From a virus (lineage: Duplodnaviria; Caudoviricetes), in the IMG/VR virus record IMGVR_UViG_3300013281_000008, positions 19,143 to 83,142 of that record: DNA of 64,000 nucleotides. One strand, given 5' to 3'. How positions within the stretch are numbered: the stretch's first letter is position 1; each line of letters opens with the position of its first letter. The notes under the pieces were generated by a model. The model was not told the DNA's origin. It ran no database searches and worked only from the letters and a program-made list of their open reading frames with translations. The translations under genes and the position numbers were made by a program. Positions 1-8,595 of this stretch are shown in pieces.

Positions 1-18
1 AGTTTCAATTGCTCTAAG

Positions 19-411
19 TTAATCATTCTTTATACTCCCAAATCTCTCTTCGAGATCCATTACGATCTCTTCCATGAGTTCATGAAAGTCTTTAGTTGTT
101 ACTACTCCCATTTCTTTCATTTCAAGTGAAGCGGAAAGAAGAAAGTTTATTACGTTACCTTGATTCTGAATTAGTTGATCACCATACTCAATAATATTCA
201 TCTCTTCCTTGTCGATGTCGCCATAACAAGCATCAGACATATACGCAACTGAAATAACTTTAGCAACTATTTCTAATCCCTTTTTAGTAATAGTATATGC
301 TTTTTCACCATCTAAAACGGTCGGCTCTAGCCAACCCTCATCAATTGTAAATCCTACTTCTTGACGAACCTTTCGATCCATGAAATCATTCATGTCGGTT
401 ACTTTAGTCAT
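19..411 (-). CDS. hypothetical protein
   Basis: 130-aa ORF that overlaps the stop of the upstream gene; no recognised motif. Confidence 0.7.
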   Translation of the reverse strand: MTKVTDMNDFMDRKVRQEVGFTIDEGWLEPTVLDGEKAYTITKKGLEIVAKVISVAYMSDACYGDIDKEEMNIIEYGDQLIQNQGNVINFLLSASLEMKEMGVVTTKDFHELMEEIVMDLEERFGSIKND

Positions 412-1138
412 CTTTCTTCTTATCCAATTCTTCTTTAACTTCTTTGATTGCTTCGTCTAATTCCGCCACACGACTGTTACGTTGAGAAGGTGTACCATGC
501 CAAGATAATTCCCAAAACACGCCATAAAGAATGTGGAAAAGGGAATAATGAACTTCATCATATTCTAGTAGAACTTTACCCGGAGTTACTTCCACTTTAT
601 GGTGTTCTTCATCGTAAACCGTTCCCTTTTGACCGAGCTTTAAGGGTAAATTAATCAATTCGTTAGCCGGAGTCAATGAAATGGCATAACCGCCTTTGGT
701 TCCTTCTTTGATAAATTCATCAGCAAGCCAAGTTCCCCAGCCATGAAACTGAGGAAAGAGACCTCCAGAAAGAATTCTAGGAACTTCTAAGAACTTATCT
801 TCCTTTTCACTGAACTCTTGGGTAATTCGAAGATCCCAATATAGTTCTAGATGATCAATCTCGGAAGCTTTCTTCTCCGTTGGAACATGAAGACCTTCGT
901 GAACAAGCTCATTGAATCCTCTCGGCATAATAAGAGAAAGGAAAGCTTCGTGTTTTTCTGCCAGAAGAAACAAATCTCGTAGGATTACATCATTATCAAG
1001 ATAACAGTTACTAGTGAGAAGCTTGGAAAGCTTAGACGTTTTATTCTCAGTGTAGAATTCACCAGCTTCAGAATTCCAGACGGTCATCATTATTTCACCA
1101 CCTTTGGTTATCTTGATATCTCCATCACCCAAGTTCAC
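404..1138 (-). CDS. hypothetical protein
   Basis: 244-aa ORF; GTG start overlaps the stop of mini-gene 1 (GTGA); SD AAGGAG is supplied by the mini-gene 3' cap. Confidence 0.75.
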   Translation of the reverse strand: MNLGDGDIKITKGGEIMMTVWNSEAGEFYTENKTSKLSKLLTSNCYLDNDVILRDLFLLAEKHEAFLSLIMPRGFNELVHEGLHVPTEKKASEIDHLELYWDLRITQEFSEKEDKFLEVPRILSGGLFPQFHGWGTWLADEFIKEGTKGGYAISLTPANELINLPLKLGQKGTVYDEEHHKVEVTPGKVLLEYDEVHYSLFHILYGVFWELSWHGTPSQRNSRVAELDEAIKEVKEELDKKKDD

Positions 1139-1254
1139 TTATTACTCTCCTTCAAATCCTCAGTAAGCTGATTCCCAAGCTGACTCATAAGCTGACTCTC
1201 AAGCTGACTCCTAAGCTGACCCTTCAACTCTTCACCTAGGAAATCAGAGTTCAT
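1135..1254 (-). CDS. QLxS tetrapeptide-repeat mini-gene, copy 1 (39 aa; not in the ORF track)
   Basis: Hand translation: MNSDFLGEELKGQLRSQLESQLMSQLGNQLTEDLKESNK*; overlaps the helicase stop and the next GTG. Confidence 0.75.
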   Translation of the reverse strand: MNSDFLGEELKGQLRSQLESQLMSQLGNQLTEDLKESNK

Positions 1255-2725
1255 ATTCTCTAACTTCTCCCGCAAAATGATCTTTGTATATCATAACACG
1301 TTTTCTAAGATGTTGTCCAAGAAATCTAGTATTTAGGAAATCAAAATCATAAATATAAGCCTTTTCCTTACCCGGATATAGTCTTACTGCGCGGCCTACA
1401 GATTGGACGAGCTTAATCTCCGACTTTCCGCCTCCTCCAATAATCAAGTGCTTTGTGGAGCGTATGTCTATACCTTCCCCGATGACAGTCGTGCCTATAA
1501 GTATATTATACTTCAATTCATTAAACCCGTCAATGGCCTCTTTAATGGCTTCTTTCTTATCATCTCCAGAAATATATTTGTTAGCATAACCCATATCAGT
1601 AAGCCAATCACTGATAAGATTACCAGCTTTATCTTTTCTGTCAACTAAAATAAGTATTTGTTCTCCCATTGGAATTGTTTTTACAATATCGGCTATTGTG
1701 TTTAAAAGCACCATGCCGCCGCAATAATTTAAATCATACTCTCTTTGATAATTTGGATGGGCTCTACCTGGAACTTTACAAATAATGTATTCTGTTGGAG
1801 TTATAAAACCGTCTTCAACTGCTTTTTTTGGAGGATACTCATATATTACATTTGATATAAAGCCATGTAACTCTAAAATTCTGGAATCATTTCTTAAAAA
1901 GGTCCCACTAAAGCCATACTTGTAGTATATATTATTAAAATCTTTGGCCAATTCAGTTGCTGTAAAAGCTCCCCAATGGTGGATTTCGTCCGCAATAACC
2001 ATATCTACATCGCTAATAAGTTTATCTAAATGACCCTTTTTTTGAAGGGATACCAAAGTCTGAATGTTTACAATTCTTATTGGGGGTAACTTGTTCTTAG
2101 TCTTTAAACCGGCTGTCCTAACCATTTTAACTTTTGGTCCAAATGCCAAAAACAATTCATCGTAAATCTGCTGTAAAAGGGCTAAAGAAGGCACTATAAC
2201 CAACGTATTCACTTCTTTTTGCTTTATAAGCTCAACAATACACCTGGTCTTACCAGATGCCACGGAAGCTGATATAACTCCCTTGGAATACTTATCAGTT
2301 TGCTCTAGAATTTCCTCTTGGTAATAGCGTAAAGCAGGAGGCTTATTACGCCATTTTAGTGTCAAGTAAGGGTTGGGCCTCACCCTAGTGTTGATCTCTT
2401 CATATAAGTCAAATTTGTGCGTTTTAAGGGTATTCTTAACACGGTATAACAACCCGGCCATGAAAGTATTGTTTTCGTTGAGTAAACAGACTACATCTTG
2501 GGGTAGTTCCGATAGCCTTTTTTTCAAAGCAAAGAAATACTTATGGTTCTTATACCGCTTAGCCCTCTCCATTTCGGAGTATATACGCTTACGTTCAAAC
2601 TGGGTTTCTTCATTCCTATAGGATAAATCCTTGGAAATGGCATCCATGATGTCTTTTGGGAACCCCTTAAGTTCACAAAAGGAATTGCCGATAATTATCT
2701 TGGCTTTAGTTGAAGGTTGGATCAT
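1244..2725 (-). CDS. Superfamily 2 DNA helicase (UvsW/XPB/type III Res-like)
   Basis: Walker A ASVASGKT, DEIHH, SGT, GEGIDI and QSVGRAVR motifs. Confidence 0.92.
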   Translation of the reverse strand: MIQPSTKAKIIIGNSFCELKGFPKDIMDAISKDLSYRNEETQFERKRIYSEMERAKRYKNHKYFFALKKRLSELPQDVVCLLNENNTFMAGLLYRVKNTLKTHKFDLYEEINTRVRPNPYLTLKWRNKPPALRYYQEEILEQTDKYSKGVISASVASGKTRCIVELIKQKEVNTLVIVPSLALLQQIYDELFLAFGPKVKMVRTAGLKTKNKLPPIRIVNIQTLVSLQKKGHLDKLISDVDMVIADEIHHWGAFTATELAKDFNNIYYKYGFSGTFLRNDSRILELHGFISNVIYEYPPKKAVEDGFITPTEYIICKVPGRAHPNYQREYDLNYCGGMVLLNTIADIVKTIPMGEQILILVDRKDKAGNLISDWLTDMGYANKYISGDDKKEAIKEAIDGFNELKYNILIGTTVIGEGIDIRSTKHLIIGGGGKSEIKLVQSVGRAVRLYPGKEKAYIYDFDFLNTRFLGQHLRKRVMIYKDHFAGEVREYEL

Positions 2726-3167
2726 CGCCTTTAGGTTTCTTAGGGAAAGGAACTAACTGACCTTTTGGTTTATTATCTTCAATAAGCTGATCTAAATCGT
2801 TCAAAAAGGATTCAGGCTCCATTTGAACAACGCCTTGGATTAGCTCAAAGTATTCTTCTTTAGCTTGCTCCCCATACAGGATCTCTCCGGTTTTATGGCT
2901 ATGGTGGAAATAAGAGCCAACTAGGAAGTCTGGGAACTGTTTACGCACAGTATCGATAAACTCCATAACTTCAATTCCTTTGGAAAGGAATGAACAACTA
3001 ACCACAACTCTATCTTCTTGAGCTTCTATGATAAAATCTACGCCACCCAAAGGAGGAGTTTTAATACAAATAGCGTAATGAGGGTTTTCTTTGGCTTCTG
3101 ACTGGTCTTCAACCATCAAAAGATTATCTGGAACGAATTCTTTTAGTTCTTTAAGAATTGTTTCCAT
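2706..3167 (-). CDS. hypothetical protein (start probably ATG 3167 rather than 3224)
   Basis: ORF track 2706..3224; the first 19 codons run into the repeat-rich non-coding tract. Confidence 0.65.
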   Translation of the reverse strand: METILKELKEFVPDNLLMVEDQSEAKENPHYAICIKTPPLGGVDFIIEAQEDRVVVSCSFLSKGIEVMEFIDTVRKQFPDFLVGSYFHHSHKTGEILYGEQAKEEYFELIQGVVQMEPESFLNDLDQLIEDNKPKGQLVPFPKKPKGDDPTFN

Positions 3168-3199
3168 TTTAAAAACTAAGCTTTTTGAAAGCATGAATA

Positions 3200-3500
3200 C
3201 AGCATAGCCTACTGGAGTCTTCATGTCAATAGCTAATAAGTAAAGCTTTTCAATAGCCTATAGCCTACTGGACTAGCAGTACATAGCTATATTTATTCTC
3301 TAGAACCCTAAGCCTACTGTAGTCTTTCCAATACAGACCCTTCTCTCCATGTTCTATATGAAAGCTATCTGTAGGACTTATTAGCTTATAGTAATAGCAG
3401 TATATTGAGTAGCTATTACGTAGGCTAAGACTTACAGTAAGCTATAAGCTAATGTATTGCTTAATAGCTATAATAAATCCTACTTATTACAAACTGAGCT
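3200..3500. other. Non-coding AGCT/TAGC-rich tract with direct and inverted repeats (origin-like)
   Basis: 10 AGCT in 3231-3500; direct repeat TAGCCTACTGGA at 3205 and 3261; inverted repeats 3381-3391/3442-3452 and 3391-3398/3412-3419. Confidence 0.55.
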
Positions 3501-4042
3501 TATTACACTGTTCTTGTCCCAAAACAATTAAGGAACATGGAGTCGGGAAGTGAACTACCTAACCGAACCGGGGTCTTGCAACAGTGCTTTTACCCATATG
3601 TTACAAAGTCATAGAATAACTGAAGGTTGGTCGTCTGACTAGGGTAGTTCAACCGGAGGGCCTCCCAATACCGCGACATAAGCTACTAGCTATCTAGAGC
3701 TAGGACTTTACATACTGAAAAGAAGAAAATAGGAATAGAACTCCTAAGATCGTGCTTTTGTTTTTTTCAGTTAGGCTTATGGTTTGGTACCTTACGCCCG
3801 CAGTTTCAGCTATCTTAATTACTATGTGGCTATAACCGCCGTTTTGTTGATTTGGCAGCAAACTCCAATTGCGGCATAAACGCTGCCCCTTAGAAAGAGT
3901 GTTTGGTGTAACTACTCCCAAGTTCCTGCGCTCTAAGAGAGTATTTCATCCCGTCGATACGATTAGGTCAAGTAGTCCACTCAGACTTCGGTAACTTAAA
4001 TTTTCCAATCCATCATGTGAAGCAAGCAAAAGACGTTCTGTT

Positions 4043-4058
4043 CTATAAATACTTATTA
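4043..4058 (-). promoter_or_regulatory. Late-promoter-like motif TAATAAGTATTTATAG pointing into the non-coding region
   Basis: Exact 16-nt match to the motifs at 18363, 21479 and 33730. Confidence 0.6.
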
Positions 4059-4085
4059 ACTTTTCGTTGTGAAAGACCTTTAATT

Positions 4086-4301
4086 TCATAAAACATTTGT
4101 TTCCTTTAAATCTTCAATAAGAAGATTTAGCTGACTCACAAGCTGATCCCTAAGCTGATCCCTAAGCTGACCCCTAAGCTGAATCCCAAGCTGATCATCA
4201 AGCTGACTCCAAAGCTGACTCCAAAGCTGATCCTCAAGCTGACTCCAAAGCGGTCTCCCAAGCTGACCTTTAATATCTTCTCCTAGAAAGTCTGCTTTCA
4301 T
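4086..4301 (-). CDS. QLxS repeat mini-gene, copy 2 (71 aa)
   Basis: MKADFLGEDIKG-(QLxx)n-LIEDLKE; ATGA overlap with the ATPase stop. Confidence 0.75.
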   Translation of the reverse strand: MKADFLGEDIKGQLGRPLWSQLEDQLWSQLWSQLDDQLGIQLRGQLRDQLRDQLVSQLNLLIEDLKETNVL

Positions 4302-5245
4302 TTGCGCTTCTTCCTAAACTTATTTAGCATAGACTTTTGGAAACCATATGGATCTTCATCGTCTTCACTATCTTCATATGGATCGTATTCATCATTTTCA
4401 GCGTCTAGATGAGCTTCCATCATTTGCCTAGCTTTCAGAATAGCATCTTCAAACTTAATACCAATACAAAGGACGCTAATAATAAGATCTTTAATATGGT
4501 CAATTGTAAAACCCTCGGTTTGCCGAACCCAGTATTCTACATCAATCTCATCTTTCACTTTAGCTTTAAGGAACTCCCTTCTAGCATTAGCATCTGGAGT
4601 AGGAACTTCAATCACAAGAGCAAATCTAGAAGGTCTATTTCGAATACGAGGAGGAATCCTATCTAAATAATTAGTTGTAGCGATGTAAAGAACATTCTGA
4701 ATCTGCATCTCACCATCTAGTAGGGAGAGGAAAGAGCCTTCGTCTCGCTCAAGCAACTTGTCCAGTTCTTCAAAGATAACTAGAATTCTTCTTTCTTGCT
4801 TCTCAATACTTCTGATAATATCCACAGCTTCAGTAAGTAGGCTGGGAGATGGACAGAAGAATACAATACTTCCGTTATTAACTTCTTTCTCAATTACTTT
4901 CGAAACTATACTAGTTTTTCCCGTCCCAGGTAAACCCCAAAGTAGAATTCCACGCTTGTAAACCATCCCATACTTAGCATAACGACTCTTAACATCTTCC
5001 GACCAAAACTGCTCAATCTCACTGATAATTGTAGAACCAACGAAACTGGGAAGTTCAACTAGGTCATCAGTCATACTGGACATATTCTTAAAGAACATCT
5101 CTCCAGACATATCTCGATGAATTTGATAAATACCAGCTGGGAACTCTTTTTTTCCAGGATAGTTCTTTCTTTTGAAATAGACTACTTCTCCGTTAGTGAG
5201 AAAGCCATCGTATTCCTTCTCAATTTTGTTTATAATTTTAGGCAT
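4298..5245 (-). CDS. AAA+ ATPase (BCS1/FtsH-type single module)
   Basis: GLPGTGKT Walker A, VIFEELD Walker B, TTNYLDRIPPRIRNRPSRF sensor-1/Arg-finger region. Confidence 0.9.
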   Translation of the reverse strand: MPKIINKIEKEYDGFLTNGEVVYFKRKNYPGKKEFPAGIYQIHRDMSGEMFFKNMSSMTDDLVELPSFVGSTIISEIEQFWSEDVKSRYAKYGMVYKRGILLWGLPGTGKTSIVSKVIEKEVNNGSIVFFCPSPSLLTEAVDIIRSIEKQERRILVIFEELDKLLERDEGSFLSLLDGEMQIQNVLYIATTNYLDRIPPRIRNRPSRFALVIEVPTPDANARREFLKAKVKDEIDVEYWVRQTEGFTIDHIKDLIISVLCIGIKFEDAILKARQMMEAHLDAENDEYDPYEDSEDDEDPYGFQKSMLNKFRKKRK

Positions 5246-5474
5246 TCTTCTTCTCCTTCAAATCCTCAATAAGCTGACTCCTAAGCTGATTCCCAAGCTG
5301 ATCCCTAAGCTGTCTCCAAAGCTGACTCATAAGCTGATCATAAAGCTGACTCCTAAGCTGATCCCAAAGCTGACTCATAAGCTGATCCCAAAGCTGACTC
5401 AAAAGCTGACTCCTAAGCTGACTCCTAAGCTGATAGTTCAAATCTTCACCTAGGAAATCCTGATTAGCTTTCAT
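5238..5474 (-). CDS. QLxS repeat mini-gene, copy 3 (78 aa)
   Basis: MKANQDFLGEDLNY-(QLxx)13-QLIEDLKEKKNA; ATGA overlap with the ung stop; supplies AAGGAG for the ATPase. Confidence 0.75.
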   Translation of the reverse strand: MKANQDFLGEDLNYQLRSQLRSQLLSQLWDQLMSQLWDQLRSQLYDQLMSQLWRQLRDQLGNQLRSQLIEDLKEKKNA

Positions 5475-6166
5475 GGAAGCCTCCAGTAGATAGTATCTTG
5501 TTTATTCTTTTTTAGAAATTCATTTACTTTAGAGAAGTGTTTACACCAAAAGAATCCCTTATGAGCAGACATCGGACTAGGATGTGCTGCTTCCAGTATT
5601 AAATGATTCGAATTGGTAATTAAATGCTTTTTCTGCTGAGCTAGTTTACCCCACAATACCCAGACAATAGGCTGTTTTAAATCATTTACAATACGAACAA
5701 CCTCGTCAGTGAATGTTTCCCATCCTAGATTCTTATGACTGAGAGGCTTTCCTTTCTCAACGGTTAGAATTGTATTAAGTAGGAATACTCCCTGAATGGC
5801 CCAGTAAGAAAGATCCCCACTTTTGTTTTCAATACCAGAATCAATCTTCAAGGCTCTAAAGATATTTGTTAAAGACTTAGGATGTTTTGCTGAATCTCTA
5901 ACGGAAAAAGCTAATCCGGTAGCCGATCCGTCGTGATAAGGATCTTGACCAAGAATAACAACCTTGATATTCCAGGGAGGACAAAGATCAAAAGCTTTAA
6001 ATACATCAAAGCTCATTGGATAGATTGTTGTCCCATTAAATCTCATTTCTTTAATCCTATTTTGCATTTCAATAAAGTAGGGTTTTTCAAACTCCACTCT
6101 AAGAAGATAATTCCAATTATTCTCCATCATTTTGTACATCTTGTAAACTTCTCTGTCTTTAACCAA
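5471..6166 (-). CDS. ung: Uracil-DNA glycosylase, family 1
   Basis: GQDPYH, GLAFSV, GVFLLNTILTV, LWG and HPSP motifs. Confidence 0.96.
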   Translation of the reverse strand: MVKDREVYKMYKMMENNWNYLLRVEFEKPYFIEMQNRIKEMRFNGTTIYPMSFDVFKAFDLCPPWNIKVVILGQDPYHDGSATGLAFSVRDSAKHPKSLTNIFRALKIDSGIENKSGDLSYWAIQGVFLLNTILTVEKGKPLSHKNLGWETFTDEVVRIVNDLKQPIVWVLWGKLAQQKKHLITNSNHLILEAAHPSPMSAHKGFFWCKHFSKVNEFLKKNKQDTIYWRLP

Positions 6167-6283
6167 TCAAGCTTTAAACTAATTACGTTTACCGTTCCAC
6201 CAATAAAATAGCCTAAAACTAAACAAAGTACAAACATGCAAATTACAGGCCAAGGAAACACTTTAAACATATTGCTTTAAAAA

Positions 6284-6391
6284 TTATATAGACCCAGACC
6301 AAGACCAAGACCTAGACCCAGACCCAGACCTAGACCCAGACCCAGACCAATATTCTTTTCTGTATTTATTCTTTTGACTTCTTGGTAACAT
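6284..6391 (-). CDS. 35-aa peptide with a (GS/RS/WS) 6-bp repeat tail
   Basis: Hand translation MLPRSQKNKYRKEYWSGSGSRSGSGSRSWSWSGSI*; repeat GACCCA/GACCTA/GACCAA at 6291-6349. Confidence 0.6.
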   Translation of the reverse strand: MLPRSQKNKYRKEYWSGSGSRSGSGSRSWSWSGSI

Positions 6392-6392
6392 A

Positions 6393-6668
6393 TTAAAGTT
6401 TTGCTTTCAATAAAGTAAAACTTTCAATAGTATTAATCATTACATAAACGTCATTTGGGAGCTTTTGAGCATCCTTAAAACTTGAATCATTAAATGACCC
6501 AGTTTCGTAAATAATTGCAGCATTGTTTAGCTTTACACATTTTTCATTTACTCCTTCAAGAGTTCCTGAGTAAATATAATTCAAGCAAAACAACGTCACT
6601 TGCTTCCCGAGTAATGCAATTAGTCCTTCGTTATCCACTTCAATTACTGCCGTTGGTAGTTTTTTCAT
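6393..6668 (-). CDS. Conserved small phage protein, beta-rich (Sm/LSm-like pattern)
   Basis: LLGKQVTLFCLNYIYSGTLEGVN...VKLNNA pattern; SD AAGG upstream. Confidence 0.65.
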   Translation of the reverse strand: MKKLPTAVIEVDNEGLIALLGKQVTLFCLNYIYSGTLEGVNEKCVKLNNAAIIYETGSFNDSSFKDAQKLPNDVYVMINTIESFTLLKAKL

Positions 6669-6686
6669 ACTTATTCCCTTTCTTAA

Positions 6687-6866
6687 TTAATTTAGATCGA
6701 TTTTATCGTAGTCATCCTCATCACAGTTTGGGCAAATTCCGTCATCATCATTTACATAGCCCAGATAGTGGCAGCATCGATCTCTAAACATATCAGCTAA
6801 CCACTCTCTATCGCAGCTTTGGCATTTATGGGCTACTTTCTCTGAATTTTGAATGTTATATTTCAT
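6687..6866 (-). CDS. Small Cys-rich protein (59 aa, possible Zn binder)
   Basis: Hand translation contains CQSC, CC and CPNC. Confidence 0.55.
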   Translation of the reverse strand: MKYNIQNSEKVAHKCQSCDREWLADMFRDRCCHYLGYVNDDDGICPNCDEDDYDKIDLN

Positions 6867-6924
6867 ACTTTTAGCTTACTTCAAATCCTCATAAGTTTCA
6901 ATTAGTCTATCTAAATTATTGAGA

Positions 6925-7221
6925 TTATTCATCTTTTAGTGCTTCATACCTAAGAGATAGAAGATTATGTTCCAGGCTTAGTCGTTTAGAATAGTTAATT
7001 CTGGCTATCCGTCTCAGAACATTCTTCGTAATATCCTCCCCAGTTTGATGTTCGATAACCTTAATTTGCATTCCTTCTTTTAAGAGATTGGTTATTTCAG
7101 TCAAGTTAATATAAGACCTTCGGTACTTTCGTTTGGCCGTTGGTGTCAAGTAAGTATCCTTCTCATAACCTTTTGCCCAATACTTTCGATTAGGATATCT
7201 CTTGATAACAATTGTATTCAT
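6925..7221 (-). CDS. PhaR/PHB-accumulation-regulator-like DNA-binding domain protein
   Basis: IKRYPNRK...YINLTEITNLLKEG..IKVIEHQTGEDITKNVL matches the PhaR N-terminal signature; ATG 7221 overlaps the upstream stop. Confidence 0.75.
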   Translation of the reverse strand: MNTIVIKRYPNRKYWAKGYEKDTYLTPTAKRKYRRSYINLTEITNLLKEGMQIKVIEHQTGEDITKNVLRRIARINYSKRLSLEHNLLSLRYEALKDE

Positions 7222-7418
7222 GATTTCTTTCCATGAACTAGGCAACCGAATTCACACTTAATAAAAGGTTGTTGTCTCATAGCAGCTTCTTCTCTTTTTC
7301 TAGCGAAGAACTTTTTCCAATCTTTATCTCGCATTTCTCGCTTAATCGTTAATAGCCCTTTTTTCTTCTTTAAAAAGCGTTTAGATCGTATTAGTTCCAT
7401 CGACTTTTCCTCCTTCAA
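7218..7418 (-). CDS. hypothetical basic protein
   Basis: 66-aa ORF in the coupled gene string. Confidence 0.5.
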   Translation of the reverse strand: MKEEKSMELIRSKRFLKKKKGLLTIKREMRDKDWKKFFARKREEAAMRQQPFIKCEFGCLVHGKKS

Positions 7419-7608
7419 TAACCTTAAGCATAGGCTCTACGATACACCATCCAAGTCTCGCCGTCTTATAAAAGGGCATCATAACTTCTTTTATTTCAAT
7501 TGAGAAAGAATAAGCTTCTCTTTCGTTTTTGAAAGTAAGACTTCTTTCTTCTTGGATATCTAAATCAACATAGAAGATTTTATATGTTACTCGCCAAATC
7601 TGATTCAT
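7381..7608 (-). CDS. hypothetical protein with LKVIEGGK motif
   Basis: ATGA-coupled to mini-gene 4, which supplies its SD. Confidence 0.65.
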   Translation of the reverse strand: MNQIWRVTYKIFYVDLDIQEERSLTFKNEREAYSFSIEIKEVMMPFYKTARLGWCIVEPMLKVIEGGKVDGTNTI

Positions 7609-7742
7609 TTATTTCTCTCCTTTAAATCTTCGTTAAGCTGACTCCAAAGCTGACTCATAAGCTGACCCCCAAGCTGATCCCTAAGCTGTCTCGCAAGCTG
7701 ATCCTTCAATTCTTCACCTAGGAAATCCTGATTAGCTTTCAT
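7605..7742 (-). CDS. QLxS repeat mini-gene, copy 4 (45 aa; not in the ORF track)
   Basis: MKANQDFLGEELKDQLARQLRDQLGGQLMSQLWSQLNEDLKERNK*; ATGA overlaps at both ends. Confidence 0.75.
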   Translation of the reverse strand: MKANQDFLGEELKDQLARQLRDQLGGQLMSQLWSQLNEDLKERNK

Positions 7743-7924
7743 AAAAACCTATAAATAAAGTGAATGATAGTTACAACTACTAGTAATTTAATAATGTCAT
7801 CGAGAATTTCATTAGTCGATTCCAATCGCTTAATTGAATTTCTAATTTCCTTGATTTTTTTATCAAACTTTCTTTGCTCGATCTTTTCTCGAAATTCATA
7901 ACAATCGACTTTAATATGTTCCAT
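7739..7924 (-). CDS. Small membrane-anchored coiled-coil protein
   Basis: C-terminal hydrophobic stretch IIKLLVVVTIIHFIYRFL. Confidence 0.6.
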   Translation of the reverse strand: MEHIKVDCYEFREKIEQRKFDKKIKEIRNSIKRLESTNEILDDIIKLLVVVTIIHFIYRFL

Positions 7925-8208
7925 TATAAATCCCTCTTTATAGTTTTTACGATCTCTTGAAACTTAACATATTGAATACGATTCATTAAATGCAGAGCAA
8001 TAAAATGAAGCTCATTTAATTCTTTAAGCATGTGTTTTTTAATGTTAGTACAAGCCTGTAGTCTTTCCATCGTTCTATGTAAACTACCAGTCTCTATTTC
8101 CTTTTCAGCTTCTTTTAGACGTTTAAAACGAGCGGTAAATGCTCTGAATCTATCAGCAAAGACTGCTTTCTGTTCATCATTAATTTGCATGTTAGATTTG
8201 GTTTTCAC
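7924..8208 (-). CDS. hypothetical protein
   Basis: GTG start with AAGGAG from mini-gene 5. Confidence 0.6.
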   Translation of the reverse strand: MKTKSNMQINDEQKAVFADRFRAFTARFKRLKEAEKEIETGSLHRTMERLQACTNIKKHMLKELNELHFIALHLMNRIQYVKFQEIVKTIKRDL

Positions 8209-8308
8209 TTTTCTCCTTCAAATCCTCAATAAGCTGACTCCTAAGCTGATTCCCAAGCTGATTACTAAGCTGACCCTTCAACTCTTCACCTAGAAAGTCA
8301 GAGTTCAT
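8192..8308 (-). CDS. QLxS repeat mini-gene, copy 5 (38 aa; not in the ORF track)
   Basis: MNSDFLGEELKGQLSNQLGNQLRSQLIEDLKEKSENQI*. Confidence 0.7.
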   Translation of the reverse strand: MNSDFLGEELKGQLSNQLGNQLRSQLIEDLKEKSENQI

Positions 8309-8595
8309 TTAATATCCTTCAAATCCTCAATAAGCTGATCCCAAAGCTGATCCCTAAGCTGACTCCCAAGCTCTTTCCCAAGCTGATCCTCAAGCTGACT
8401 CCCAAGCTCTTTCCCAAGCTGATCCTCAAGCTGACTCCAAAGCGGTCTCCCAAGCTGAATCTTAAGCGGACCCTCAAGCTGACTCCAAAGCTGACTCCAA
8501 AGCTGATCCTCAAGCTGACTCCAAAGCGGTCTCCCAAGCTGACTCCAAAGCTGATAGTTCAAATCTTCACCTAGGAAATCCTGATTAGCTTTCAT
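8305..8595 (-). CDS. QLxS repeat mini-gene, copy 6 (96 aa)
   Basis: 18 four-residue units between the caps; ATGA overlaps with the PilZ stop and copy 5. Confidence 0.75.
   Translation of the reverse strand: MKANQDFLGEDLNYQLWSQLGRPLWSQLEDQLWSQLWSQLEGPLKIQLGRPLWSQLEDQLGKELGSQLEDQLGKELGSQLRDQLWDQLIEDLKDIK

Noticed and set aside
3537-3620. tRNA-like sequence on the minus strand (TTGCAA loop, ends ...CTCCA)
   Set aside because: No proper acceptor stem, D-arm or GTTCRANYC T-loop could be built.
3700-3921. 73-aa ORF in the non-coding region
   Set aside because: TTG start, no SD, no protein-like features; overlaps the candidate structured RNA.
6877-6932. Possible tenth repeat element (18-aa ORF ending YEDLK; TTCAAATCCTCA matches the 3' cap)
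   Set aside because: Only 12 nt match, with no 12-bp units or 5' cap; may be a relic but cannot be supported.
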